64,000 nt of DNA from Diplonema japonicum (lineage: Eukaryota; Protista; Euglenozoa: Diplonemea), in assembly GCA_964019335.1 (NCBI GenBank), contig OZ025649.1, positions 620,001-684,000 of the forward strand, written 5' to 3'. Positions 36,633 through 47,358 of the stretch are shown here, piece by piece. The notes beneath the pieces were generated by a model. It was not told where the DNA came from. It saw only the letters and a program-made list of their open reading frames with translations, and made no database searches. Within the stretch, counting starts at the first letter, position 1, and the number at the start of each line of letters is the position of its first letter. The position numbers and the translations under genes are program-made.

Positions 36633-38760
36633 TGCTTCGACTCGATCCCCCATGCGCTTACGTTCGATTTAGTGGAGCGTTTAGGCCTCAGCCAACTTAT
36701 CCTGAGACCGATAAAATCCATCTACTCAGACCTAATTCGTCGTTTGCGTTTCCCTATGGGGGTGGGCGCACCGTTCAGAACCACGAATGGAATTCTCCAG
36801 GGTTGTCCAATATCACCGGTCTTCATCAACGCGATCCTCGCTATATTCACCAAGAAATGCACGGCGAACCCTAGAAACGCCCATCCTGTGTCGTATGCAG
36901 ACGACCTAAACTTCACGTCAGCTACCTCGGAGGCCGCGGTGCAACGCTCCGTTAACCTGCTTGGCACCCTCTGCAAGCTCACAGGGATGACTATCCACCC
37001 GAAGAAAACTAAGTCGTTTGGAACGAAGCCCAAGTACTGCGGCAACGTACAGCTGCACGGGGAGACCTTCGACACGTCCTGCAAACTACAGATCCTAGGG
37101 GTACTGGTCTATTTCCAGCCTTGTAGAAGAGAGAACACGAGAGCCCGCAAGGCAATTGCAGAAATCGAGCGCCTCGCAGCAACGAGACTTTACCACAACC
37201 GCAAGGTACAGATCATCGCAGAGAACATCCTACCGTCCGCCTTCTACGGCGTCCTCTTCGACCCAATCCCAGACTCTTGGCTGGTGAAGATGAAGAAGCA
37301 AATCACGTCATGCATCTGGGGTGCACGCAACCCGATGCGTTCCGCCAGTGCACTGCTAGGGATTGCCTACAAAGGACACACCCTAGACCCTTACTCTTCG
37401 GTGGTCTATAAAGCCATTTCGACCCTAGGTCGCCTGTGCACACGACAGTCGAACAAGTCCCTATTCGTGTCGGGCTGGGAAACTTACAAGTACGCAAAGG
37501 AGCGAGATGGAACGCCGTCACTTTCGAAAGGACCATTTGGCAATGCAGAAATATGGCTGCGTGAAATCGGGACGAGATGGAAGGACTTCGTAAAGGAGTT
37601 GCCACGGGGCATGCCACACCTGAAACACGAGGTCAGGGCGCGGTTGAAAGAAAAACTGCGGGGCGAGCTCGCCGAAGAGCGGGACACTTTCAAAGGAATC
37701 GAAACAGGAGTGGACGAGAGGAAGACGAACGTCCTACACAACGAGGTGGCGATCACCAACCCGCAGAAAGCGAGGAGAATCCTCTGTGCCGTTACTGGCG
37801 CCATCCTTCCACTGCACCCTAGAGCCTACGGCGACATGGATGGCACGCGAACGAAATGCCTTGGGTGTGACGCACCCTTCGACATTAGGGGCGGGACCAG
37901 CGACCTCCTGCAGCATACAATTTGGCACTGCCCGGCACACACCGGTTTTAGAACGGCCAACGCCGACCGCGAATGGCTGGTGCAAGAGCACATCAACTGG
38001 CCAATCTGCACCCGCGTACACGGCATCATTACCTCGGACTTGGACATCAGCCTATCGAGGGTCAAGGAGCTCCACCTGATGCTAGCAGAAGTGGCAGGCA
38101 AGCTCGAGAACTTGCACGCCGACAAGCAGGTCAGGTACTCCAAACAGCATTTCTGGAATAGACCATTCCGACCGGGGAACCTCTTAACCCCGAAACCTCT
38201 CCCTTGGTACCACGAGCATGGGCTGCAGAAGAAATACTTCCCAGGCCTAATCCCATTTGTCCTCAACTGGTTAAAGGCCCTAAAATGGGGCGAGGACGGC
38301 GGGCAAGTTTCTAAGGCGGAACTGGCGGTCGACCTCATTGCAACGGAAAGGCTCCACATGGGTGTTGAAGACATAGCATGCTGGGCGAGAAAGCTCGGCA
38401 GGATTCTCAGCGTCTTAGAAAGGATCCATCTAAAAGGGACGGGGAATCATCTGATTCCGGCAAAAACTATGAAGTCAGTACACTCACTACGCACCCTAGG
38501 GCTCCACAGCCATGCCGTCACTGGATACTCCACTCGTCCGATCTTCGCGTCCCCGAAGGTCACCCACTCGATCCTAGAGGAACAAATGCGAACGCATTGC
38601 ATCCTCAACAACTCGCTAGTTGGTTTCACGCCCAAGCTGCTGATGAGATACTACGACGGGCCTAAGGCACTACCACGACAGAAGGGATCAAACACTAGAT
38701 GAGTTGATTGTCGTTAGGCGATCCTGTCACATACTGCAGGTTCCCTTCAAAGACACCTTT
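36633..38760 (+). mobile_element. 5'-truncated non-LTR retrotransposon copy 2 (partial reverse transcriptase, zinc knuckle, C-terminal domain)
   Basis: The frame opens at 36633 with 'CFDSIPH' (RT motif), then 'NGILQGCPISP', 'YADD', 'GMTIHPKKT', 'LQILG' and CxxC..H..C. Stop at 38702. It begins directly after a poly-T tract. Confidence 0.92.
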
Positions 38761-39886
38761 TTTTTAAGATTAATGGCAGGAAACAAAAAAAAAAGTTTTT
38801 TTTTTTAATGAAAGTATCTTTTTTTTTTTTTTTTAAACCTAATCCAATTTCTTATTTGATGTACTTTTTCCTTTATTTCGCGGCCAGAAAGGAGATAAGT
38901 AGAGACAAGGGGGACGTTCCAAGACAGGAACTTTATCTCATCTCTTTTTTTTTTTTTTTTTTTTTCCCACACAGCGGTGAAAGTAAGGTGATCGGTAATA
39001 AACTAATAGACTTCTTATAATATTTTTTTTTATCGATTTCACAAATTTGGTGGGACGGGGGGGGGGACTATATTTCGTTTTATCAGCGATTGATTTGCCC
39101 CTTTCCTGCCACCCTTTTTGCTCTATTTCTTTAAGAAAACAGAGAAACAAACACAACGACGCTGAAGGCTGTGGATTTTTTTGATTTAATCTTTGGTCCG
39201 CGCCAGAAGCCTTTACTTAGATTTCCTGGCCATAGACTGCTAGGGGAGTAAGCATCTTCGGCATGTTCCTTACATGGCCACGTGGCACAGTACCGCCGCC
39301 GTCTGTGTCGTTTTCAGAGAGCCGAAAGATCAAGAAACTATTGCTATAAATAAAGAATTTTTTTTTTTTTTTTTATATTTTTATAATTATAACGTATCTA
39401 CCACTTTAAGAAAAAAAAAAAAAAAAAAAAAAAAGAGAGAACATTTCTCAAGCCTGAGATGATGAGCGCGATTTTTCCTGCAAATATTTTAAACCCCTAA
39501 AAAGGCGGGGGGGGTTTTTAAACGAGAAAGAGAAAATTTTGGGCATCTAATATTTTATACAGTCCTCTTGGAAATGTGCAAGAGTCTCTTTTTTTTTTTT
39601 TTTTGCCCCTCCTCACCCCTCTGCCCCTCCTCTTTTTTTTTTTTTTTTACCGTATGATAATTACCATTGTGCAGTAAAAAAAAAAAAAAAAAAAAAAAAA
39701 AGGAAATCAAAAAGAAAAGAAGAAAAGAGAGAGAAAGAAAAAGAAAAAGCTACAACTTCTGTGTGTGTTTTCTTTCTTCCTCCAACTCAGATTTTTTTTT
39801 GTTTAAAAGAGTATAGGCAGCTACAGGCAAGTTGTCCGTTTTTCCCTGCTGTAGGTGAAAACGGCTTGCACAAACGACAATCAGCC

Positions 39887-39919
<33 letters not shown>

Positions 39920-40111
39920 GTTACCAGATCGGAGCGGCAGGGTCGTATTTAAAACCACAAACTTCGGAGCCCTTCTATTCTTTTTTTTGAGAGGGTCTTT
40001 CTTTTACATGAATAGGACACCACCAGGGAAAAAATCTAAGAACTTTTTGTTTTTTTTGTTTTTTCCTGGGACGGATTTACATGTATTAACTTTTACCTCC
40101 CTCCAGAAAAT

Positions 40112-40156
<45 letters not shown>

Positions 40157-40380
40157 CTTCCTTACTCCCTCTCCCCCCGGCTTCCTCCCCTTGTACTTTG
40201 TGCCTCGCTACTCCCTCTTTTCTTATTAAGAAAGACCCTAAAGACAGCTTGAAAAGGGACTTTTGAAAGAAAAAAGCCAAAAAAAAAAAAAAAAGAGAGA
40301 GTTAAAAACAAAAGAAATAAATATTTTTCTTACTTCCTTTCTTGAATTGATAACACTAACCTCCCTTTTCCTTATTTGTA

Positions 40381-40496
40381 GGAAGGAGTCTTTGACTAGT
40401 CTAACAAAAAAAGAAGATCTCGGCAAAACGTGTTTTGGTAAGAAGCTTCTCCAGGAACTACTTCTACCATATCACACAAAACAACGGTCAGTTCTT
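40381..40496 (+). repeat. Dispersed ~110-bp repeat, copy B
   Basis: GAGTCTTTGACTAGTCTAACAAAA...GGCAAAACGTGTTT...CTTCTCCAGG...CAACGGTCAGTTC. Confidence 0.7.
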
Positions 40497-40614
40497 CTTT
40501 TTTTCTTCTTCTTTTTTTTTTTTCCCTCTCTACCTACAAATGAATGATCTATCTATTTTTTTTTAAAAAAAGATTTCCTCTCTCTCTCCCCCCCCCCCCC
40601 CCCCCCCCCACCAC

Positions 40615-40712
40615 AAGAACGAGTCTTTGATTCGTCAAAACAAAGAAAACGGGAAAGAAAAATCAACATAATTTTTTTCGGGTATAAAACTTATAACCAG
40701 GTTTTCTACCCC
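40615..40712 (+). repeat. Dispersed ~110-bp repeat, copy C (diverged)
   Basis: AAGAACGAGTCTTTGATTCGTCAAAACAAAG...CCAGGTTTTCTACCC. Confidence 0.65.
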
Positions 40713-41153
40713 ACAAAAAAAAAAAAAAAAAAAAAACCGGGGGTGTTTTTTTTTTTCCCTTCTTTTTTTAGGTGGTGGGGATAACATGAAAATATAAGAA
40801 GTACGTCAGATGTGTTGTTCGCTGTTGACCTCCTCGTCGGTCATCACCGGTAGCGCCCGAGTGGAAGAACGTAACGCAGATGCTCAGGGTGACGAACAGG
40901 CAGCAAACTGCACGAGCGCAGAATCTTGGTTACTCGGGACGCCCCGGCTAGGGTTGAGCACACCGCACGCATTAAGGACACGACGCGGAACGCAGAAGAA
41001 GCTACTGCTCGGCCGAGGAGCGCCCCCTGTAATCAAGTAGGTAGTTCGTGCTTCATTGCACGCTTAACGCCACCTAGTGTTGCAATCAAAGCCCCATTTT
41101 TTTTTTGTTTCTCTTTTTTTTTTTTCCTCTTCAACAACCATGAGAAAACCCAT

Positions 41154-41834
41154 ATGCCTGAAGCACAAACAGGGGGAGGGGTCGAAATGATGACAACTGC
41201 AGACGACGATTTTGAAGTGAGATATTTAGAAATGAAGCTTGAAAAGTGCATTAAAAACATTGCAACTATCACCGAAAAGGGTGCTCAGAACCACGATGAG
41301 AGATCGTCTAGACAACGAAGCACAGAAACCAGATGGGGACTGTGGAAAGAGCCTGAGACAATCCCCAAAAAGGAACCCGAAGAAGCTCTTGAAGAAGAGA
41401 CACATTGGCTTGAGCTCAACAAGAGGCTTGAAGTGCGTGTCGCAAGCATGAGCGACACCCTCCACCGTGCACGAGCCCTCTGCCTCAAAGAAAAACTAGA
41501 ACACGAACAGGAGCACATGCGTTTCAAACAAGAAGCGAAAGCTCTGCTAAAACGCCAGCATGCATCCCACCGCTACGACACTTGGCTCCAAACCCAAGCC
41601 TACCTCCGTTTTGTGGACACCGTGGCTTCGATGGCCATTTTAGCAACTACCACTGTTCACACCACCCACCAGGCTGCCCTGCGAAGTGCGTTTGAACTAG
41701 ATCGCCCACACCTCCACTACCCGACATCGCCCTCTGCCCGTAGGTGCATGATCGACTTGTACATTGAAGAGCACCGTTTGAAAGATAAGCTTAAGATCAT
41801 CACTTCCGGGTGCCCTTCCGGGTCCCATGGGTGA
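41154..41834 (+). CDS. Hypothetical protein, partly coiled-coil
   Basis: 3' part of ORF 40926..41834, starting after a T-rich tract. Coding-like composition, no recognised domain. Confidence 0.6.
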   Translation: MPEAQTGGGVEMMTTADDDFEVRYLEMKLEKCIKNIATITEKGAQNHDERSSRQRSTETRWGLWKEPETIPKKEPEEALEEETHWLELNKRLEVRVASMSDTLHRARALCLKEKLEHEQEHMRFKQEAKALLKRQHASHRYDTWLQTQAYLRFVDTVASMAILATTTVHTTHQAALRSAFELDRPHLHYPTSPSARRCMIDLYIEEHRLKDKLKIITSGCPSGSHG

Positions 41835-41977
41835 GAGATTAGAAGAAAAGAAGAAGGAAAAAGAAAGAAAGAGATAAAAGCTTTTTATTTTTCTCGTGTT
41901 ATTTGTAGAGGTTTGGCGTGATTTCTCCCTTTTATTGTTACTGATAAAACAACAGGGGGAGGTGACGGTGGTGGGAC

Positions 41978-44026
41978 ATGTGGGAAATGACACAGGGGGA
42001 GGGCCCAGGGCCTGGGGGCTCGCCTGCGGTATTCGGAACGCCCACAACACGCATGAGCCCTTTCCAGGCTGACCTGCGGAGCATCAGCCCCGTGCGTGTG
42101 AGCAGGACGCCTGTGGAGCTGTTGTACCCCACGCAAGATGAAATGGAGTCAGACAGAAGGCCGGAGGACGACGTGAGGGCACTTCGAGAGGAGGTGCGGA
42201 GGCTTGCGCGCATGGTTGAGGAACGGGGGCCTGCGGTGGATCTTTTGTACCCGCAGCAAGACGAGGTGGACGAGAGGAACTTGATACAAGCACTGCAGGG
42301 GGAGGTGGAAGGGTTGAACAGAAAGGTGCAACGACAGGAGCAGGAGCTCGTGAGCATCCACGAAAACCCCAAGCAGAAAAGCGACACAGCGTTGCTGCTG
42401 CTGCAAGACACCCTGGGGATCGCACCTGGCCCAAATACCGCTGACACAGGCCTGAGAGAGAGCTTCGGCAGCTTCGTCTCGAATATCGTAAAAGAGCACC
42501 TTGCTTCCATGTGGGAAGACTCGTCAGTGGCCACTCCCGTGTTTTTACAGAGAGAGGTAGCTGCAGTGACCCAAGAGCATGAGAAGGGAGACCTGGCAGT
42601 CGAAAGCAAGTTCAACGAGACACTAGCAAGTCTAGGCCCACGGGTCACCGCGTTGGAAGCAGCGGTGGGAACGATACAGGAGGCGGAGGGCACGTGGGAG
42701 TCAGGCACGGACGACAAGCTACAGGCCATCAAGGGGGAATTGTTGAACACAGTGCAAGAAATGCTTGACGAACAAACTAACTCCACGGCAGGTTACTTCG
42801 AAGAGGTGTGGCAGCACACGGCACACACGGAGGATGTACTGCAGAAGGAGCTAGGGGGCTTGAAGAAAGAAGTGGAGGCTCTCAGTAGACTGCAAGGGCA
42901 GATGAAGGAAGAGGTTTCTCGGAATAGTGCGAAGCTCAGGAGTCTGCAGAGGGAGCTGGACGAGTCCCACGGGGGTACAGACGGGCTGGTGGGATCAGTG
43001 GAAGAGTTGCACGAGACTGTCACACGGATGAGGGGCGAGACGGCAACACGACTCGAGCTGGAGGCAGAGGCGATGGACCGGGTGCGAGAGTCGTTGGAAG
43101 TGCTGGAAGTGAGCAAGGCAGCCACATCTGCAAAGGTGGCACGGCTCGTTGACGAAGCACAGACATTGAAGATGTCTACTTCAGACCTGAGGGAAACCCT
43201 GCAAGAGGTAGAAGACGGGCATGGGAACAGGTTAGCACTGCTGGAGAGCAATGACAAGCGACGCGAGGGGTGGGAAAGGAATGTGCGAAGGCTGGAGAGC
43301 AGGGTGTTGGAGCTGGGCGAGAAGCTGGACGACACTGATGCGGAGGTGAAAAGGGTCGCAGACAGCAGGCGAGCGCACGACCTGAAACCCATGTACGAGC
43401 ATGTGCGGAAGGTGGAGCAGAAACTGGAAGGGGTGATGAGCGAGAAGTTTGAAGTGATCCACAAGAAGATTCAAGAGGTGCGGAACTCAAGAGACATCGC
43501 CAAGCTGGAGGCTGAGATACGGGAACTGTGGATGAAGAAGGCGGACGTGATGGCGGTGGAGGAAAAGCTTGCAGATCTGCAGCCGATCATCGAGTCGCTG
43601 GGTGCAACGAATCAAGGAACACACTGGGAACTGATGGAGGGGGCGGAGCGCAACGGTCAGGAACTAACAGACCTGAGGAGCACCTGCCGAGGCCATTCAG
43701 ACAGATTGGGCAACTTGGAAGAGCAGTATCTGGGAACAGTGCACTCGCTGAAGGAGCTGAAAGGGTACCTTCGCACTGTGGCAGACAACAACGACCTCAT
43801 AGAGTCACTGCGGGATGATGTGAGGAGGGTGCGGAGCGAAACGCAAACCGCTCTCCCCCTCATCATGCGCACCCTGCAGCAGGCATCGCTCCTTGTGGAC
43901 GACTCGTTCACGTTACCGAACTCTGAACCTGCTTCCGCTCCTCAAACCCCGGCCTTCAATGCCCGAGGTGCCGCCAGAAACTTCTTCACCAGCCAAGTCG
44001 AGCGAGTCTCTACCCTGTCCCAGTAG
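41978..44026 (+). CDS. Coiled-coil protein, copy 1 of a duplicated gene
   Basis: 682-aa heptad-rich ORF. Its translation is the same as 47359..49407. Confidence 0.85.
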   Translation: MWEMTQGEGPGPGGSPAVFGTPTTRMSPFQADLRSISPVRVSRTPVELLYPTQDEMESDRRPEDDVRALREEVRRLARMVEERGPAVDLLYPQQDEVDERNLIQALQGEVEGLNRKVQRQEQELVSIHENPKQKSDTALLLLQDTLGIAPGPNTADTGLRESFGSFVSNIVKEHLASMWEDSSVATPVFLQREVAAVTQEHEKGDLAVESKFNETLASLGPRVTALEAAVGTIQEAEGTWESGTDDKLQAIKGELLNTVQEMLDEQTNSTAGYFEEVWQHTAHTEDVLQKELGGLKKEVEALSRLQGQMKEEVSRNSAKLRSLQRELDESHGGTDGLVGSVEELHETVTRMRGETATRLELEAEAMDRVRESLEVLEVSKAATSAKVARLVDEAQTLKMSTSDLRETLQEVEDGHGNRLALLESNDKRREGWERNVRRLESRVLELGEKLDDTDAEVKRVADSRRAHDLKPMYEHVRKVEQKLEGVMSEKFEVIHKKIQEVRNSRDIAKLEAEIRELWMKKADVMAVEEKLADLQPIIESLGATNQGTHWELMEGAERNGQELTDLRSTCRGHSDRLGNLEEQYLGTVHSLKELKGYLRTVADNNDLIESLRDDVRRVRSETQTALPLIMRTLQQASLLVDDSFTLPNSEPASAPQTPAFNARGAARNFFTSQVERVSTLSQ

Positions 44027-44509
44027 ACGGCATCGATGGCAGCAGGGCTAAAAAAAGAAAAGAAAAGAGTTTAAAGTATTGTTGTTTTTGGTCTTTCGTT
44101 GCTAGATTCTGTTTAAAATTTCTTTTGCGCACTTTTCTATTCTTCCGATCCGTTTCTACCCTTTTTTTTTTTTTTTTTCATCCATCACGAATGAGAAGAA
44201 AAGGGGGGAATGAATGTATCTCTCCTCCTTTCCTCCCTTCAGATCAAATTGAATAGCTCCACTTCTCCCCTCACGTGTATTTAGAAGAAAAGAAGAAAAA
44301 AAGAGGAAGCACTTCCGGATTCTGGATTTAACGCTTGCCACGTACTAATGTATAAGCTGTGTATTTCTTGCAATGGAGGCTCAGTTTCACGGCCAGTCTT
44401 TTGTTTTCTATTTTCTTCCCTCCCCCCTCCCCCCCACTTAAGTTTTAGAGTTTGTAACATGGCAACTTATCTACATTCCCACCCCCACTTTTTTTGTTTT
44501 GTTTTTATT

Positions 44510-44709
44510 GTCTAGTACCCCTTTGGAGTGGGTGAGGGGGTCCAGTGGACACGTGAAGGCGGCATAGTTAGAACACAAAAAGAGGCGTGCCTCCAGCGCA
44601 GCCATGGGAGAACGTGAGATCGCTACCATTGGCCCCGTCGGTGGCTTTGATAGAAAGGGCTGAGGGAAATTATCGAAAAGAACGGACAAAAAGGGGGCCG
44701 TTTCCTACA
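44510..44709 (+). mobile_element. Possible decayed 3' fragment of the same non-LTR family, interrupted by the pogo element and continuing at about 46353-46430
   Basis: Frameshifted translation 'PLEWVRG/QWTREGGIV...ERTKRGPFPT' and, after the transposon, 'KPFGAHPALAFPRT'. These resemble 'LNWLKALKWGEDGGQV' and 'KKRRPFP...AIGGKAAIGFSRR' of the other copies. Weak, by-eye similarity. Confidence 0.4.
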
Positions 44710-44711
44710 TA

Positions 44712-46350
44712 CTGTAAAACGAAAAACTCCCGGACGGAAAAATGTCCGAGTTTTTTTGGCGTCCGGGAATTTTTCCGCCCGGGAGTTTTTCCGTCCGGGA
44801 ATTTTTTTTAGGTAAGGCCGTCAGGGGGCCTGGTCCACTACCACCTACATACTGGCCTGGGCTGCAAACGGCAACCGCGCGAAGAAACCCCCAGGGTTCC
44901 CTTTCTGCATCTTTGTCCTCCCTTGCTGCCCCTGCTGCCTGCAATCAGCTTGTCGAGCCTTCGTGTGGCCTACTACCTTTCTTAATAGATGCTTTACAGC
45001 TGCGTTCAACCCAATATCCATCGGTTAAACCATGTAGGTGAGCCCAGGGGGACAAAAGCAATGTGCACGTTTGCGCCTGCGAACAACTCTACGAACCTAT
45101 AGGCATAGGTCGTGTGAGAGTTGTGGTCGCCGACAAGCAGCAGAATCGGCCCGTTCGGCAAAACCATGGGAATCGATGATTTATAGCAAAAAGGAAGAAA
45201 CAGCTCCGTAACCCAGATACCGAGTATCATAATTAGCCCAATGATTGGGCGATGCCGTTAGGCTCCATTCGGGGGTGCTTGACCGGGGCACGGATAATCC
45301 CTGCCGGTTGCGTTTCCGCTTTGCCTTTGTATTTAACCATCCAGCCAAGGAAACAGCCAGCTGTTCGGTTATAGCCCGTTTTGTCCCCCAAGCCACGGAC
45401 TTTTACGACCTTAGCACCCCTTTTTGTTTTGGTTTTTAACCCCGTATTCCAGACCAATTCCGGCCTTACTTTATGGGTGTCGATTATGGACCTGAATTCC
45501 ATGGTGAAACAGCGTGCCTTCTCGTTGTCCTTCTCGTTTCCGGGCTTTCCGGAGGTGGCTTGCGGCTTTTGTCTTTCTTGCTGCAAGGTTTTGTCAGCCT
45601 AGCCAGTGGAAAAGGACAGTGCCCCACCAAAGTCTACCAGGTCTGTCTTTCGGGCTGGATTGGCGCACAGCAGCCGTTCTGCATAGGTGCATATTAGTTG
45701 TGCTGGGATAGGCTCACCAAGCCCGTTTACCTATCGACTCAAGCAAAAACCTTTCAGCCCCCGAAGGATGCTAAATCCCGTATTGGGCGATACGCAGCTA
45801 TCACGGCGTCGCGGCGGCCAGGGTGTGGTAGGGTGGAATAGCAACGTCCAGTATTTCCGTCTGGAAGAAACCGGGGGCTCTGTTGAACCTGTTGCTGCCG
45901 TCTGAGGCAGAGGCCGCCAAGCTGCTTTCGGGGGTTTGTACTGGCCCGGTGTAAGGAGTTTATCTCCTCCACCTCTCGGGGGTGAGCTGGCCGGGGGTGT
46001 CAGCACCAAAGTTGGGCCCCTCACAAGCCAGCTGCTCAACGTGCCTTGGGTAGTCGAACTGGTCAATCTGACGAAAGAAGTACGTGTTTATGAGAAGTTA
46101 AAGATCCCGTGGGTGCTGTTTGTTGGTGCATTGAAAGGGGAAGAAAAATTCAAACTGCCACGCAGGGTGACATTTTGGCTCTGCACAAGGAATAAAGCCC
46201 TTCCAGGCAAACGTGGTGGAGCTGCTACCCCCCTTAAGTAAAAAAACTTCTTCCCAGAAAAACTCCCGGACGGAAAAATGTCCAGGTTTTTTTGGTGTCC
46301 GGGAGTTTTTCTGTCCGAGAATTTTTCCGTCCGACATTATTCGTTTACAG
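44712..46350 (-). mobile_element. Decayed pogo/Tigger-type (Tc1/mariner superfamily) DNA transposon with TIRs and TA target-site duplication
   Basis: Left end TA|CTGTAAAACGAAAAACTCCCGGACGGAAAAAT; right end ATTTTTCCGTCCGACATTATTCGTTTACAG|TA. Minus-strand fragments: 'GEPIPAQLI..A..L...FSTG*' (CENP-B HTH-like), 'LVWNTG..KRGAKVVKVRGLGDK', 'SPNHWAN', 'ILLLVGDHNSH', 'HIAFVP.G/TYMV*PMDIGLN' (DDE_1). Stops and frameshifts are present. Confidence 0.82.
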
Positions 46351-46611
46351 TATTTGTTTTGGACGTTTTTTTCCAAGCCGTTTGGGGCCCACCCTGCCCT
46401 AGCTTTCCCCCGTACATGCATGTGTGCTGTCCCCCTGAAGAATTTAAGAATTTATCTGTGGCAAAAGAACTTTAAAAGAATGCGGTTCACCGCAGTGGCG
46501 TGCCTACCCTATGATGCCCCCCTCCTGAAAAAACGTCCCAATTGTTTTACAGTATTTCGAGAAAAAAAGAAGCGAAGGCTAACAGGTTACACGGGAATTA
46601 AACGAACCAAG

Positions 46612-47241
46612 ATGTTCTGGGATGATGCCGCCATTGAGATTCTTCACAAGCACCTTAACGAATATGAGGAACGTGGCCATGCACACACACTCAGAGGGAT
46701 CGCTGCCGTCAAATGCGAGCTAGATGCAGTTGGGCATTTCTACACCACCAGACAAATCATTGGAAAGCTACAAACTGTTTCAAATTGCTCGGTGCCAGGA
46801 GAAGAGGCCTCGAACAAGAAGGTTGAGAACAAGCCGAGATTGGACAAGCCCTCGAAGAAAAGGAAGGTGGGCCGCCGCCCACGGCCTGCTCAGGACACCA
46901 TGTCGACAGGCACGCAGACGCCTCCTGGTTCGCCCAGAAAGGTGGACCTGGAGGACACAGAGACACCTGACGTACATCACTTGTCAACAGGCACGCAGAC
47001 CCCGCCGCCCTCGCCAAGGGCTGTAGACAACAATGAGACAATGTGTCCTATCCCTGCTGAAAATATTTCCGAGCTCGTCGCTGACGGCGCGGTCGAGGCG
47101 CAGCAGTTACCTGTGCTGCTGCAAGCTGAGGCTTTGCAAGTCGTGGCTGACCAAGCGGCGGCGGACCCTTTGGCGAAGACAGAGGTGGCAGCAGTGCATC
47201 CGTCTCTTGAGTATCCGCGTCACATGTGTGCTGTGTCGTAA
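46612..47241 (+). CDS. Putative Myb/SANT-like (trihelix) DNA-binding protein with an NLS and two STGTQTPP repeats
   Basis: 'FWDDAAIEILHKHL...ELDAVGHFYTTRQIIGKLQTV' fits the trihelix W...T..Q...K pattern; 'KKRKV'; duplicated 'STGTQTPPxSPRxVD'. Confidence 0.5.
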   Translation: MFWDDAAIEILHKHLNEYEERGHAHTLRGIAAVKCELDAVGHFYTTRQIIGKLQTVSNCSVPGEEASNKKVENKPRLDKPSKKRKVGRRPRPAQDTMSTGTQTPPGSPRKVDLEDTETPDVHHLSTGTQTPPPSPRAVDNNETMCPIPAENISELVADGAVEAQQLPVLLQAEALQVVADQAAADPLAKTEVAAVHPSLEYPRHMCAVS

Positions 47242-47358
47242 GGCCTTCAGCACCAACCATCTCTCATTCAGCTTATTCTAGCTCTTTATATATTCTCTGC
47301 ATTTCTGTTCTTTTGACGTTTATTGATAAACACAACAAGGGGGCGGTTGTGGTGGGAC

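Noticed and set aside
40810-41040. GC-balanced 76-aa ORF, possible upstream exon or small gene
   Set aside because: No recognisable motif and no convincing micro-intron link to 41154. Left uncalled.
44722-44810. Short repeated palindromic units, superficially CRISPR- or iteron-like
   Set aside because: No unique spacers, no cas or rep genes, eukaryotic context. Explained as transposon subterminal repeats.
47238-47271. Possible 34-nt GTAAGG..CAG intron at the end of the Myb-like ORF
   Set aside because: It would add only a few residues and has no independent support.
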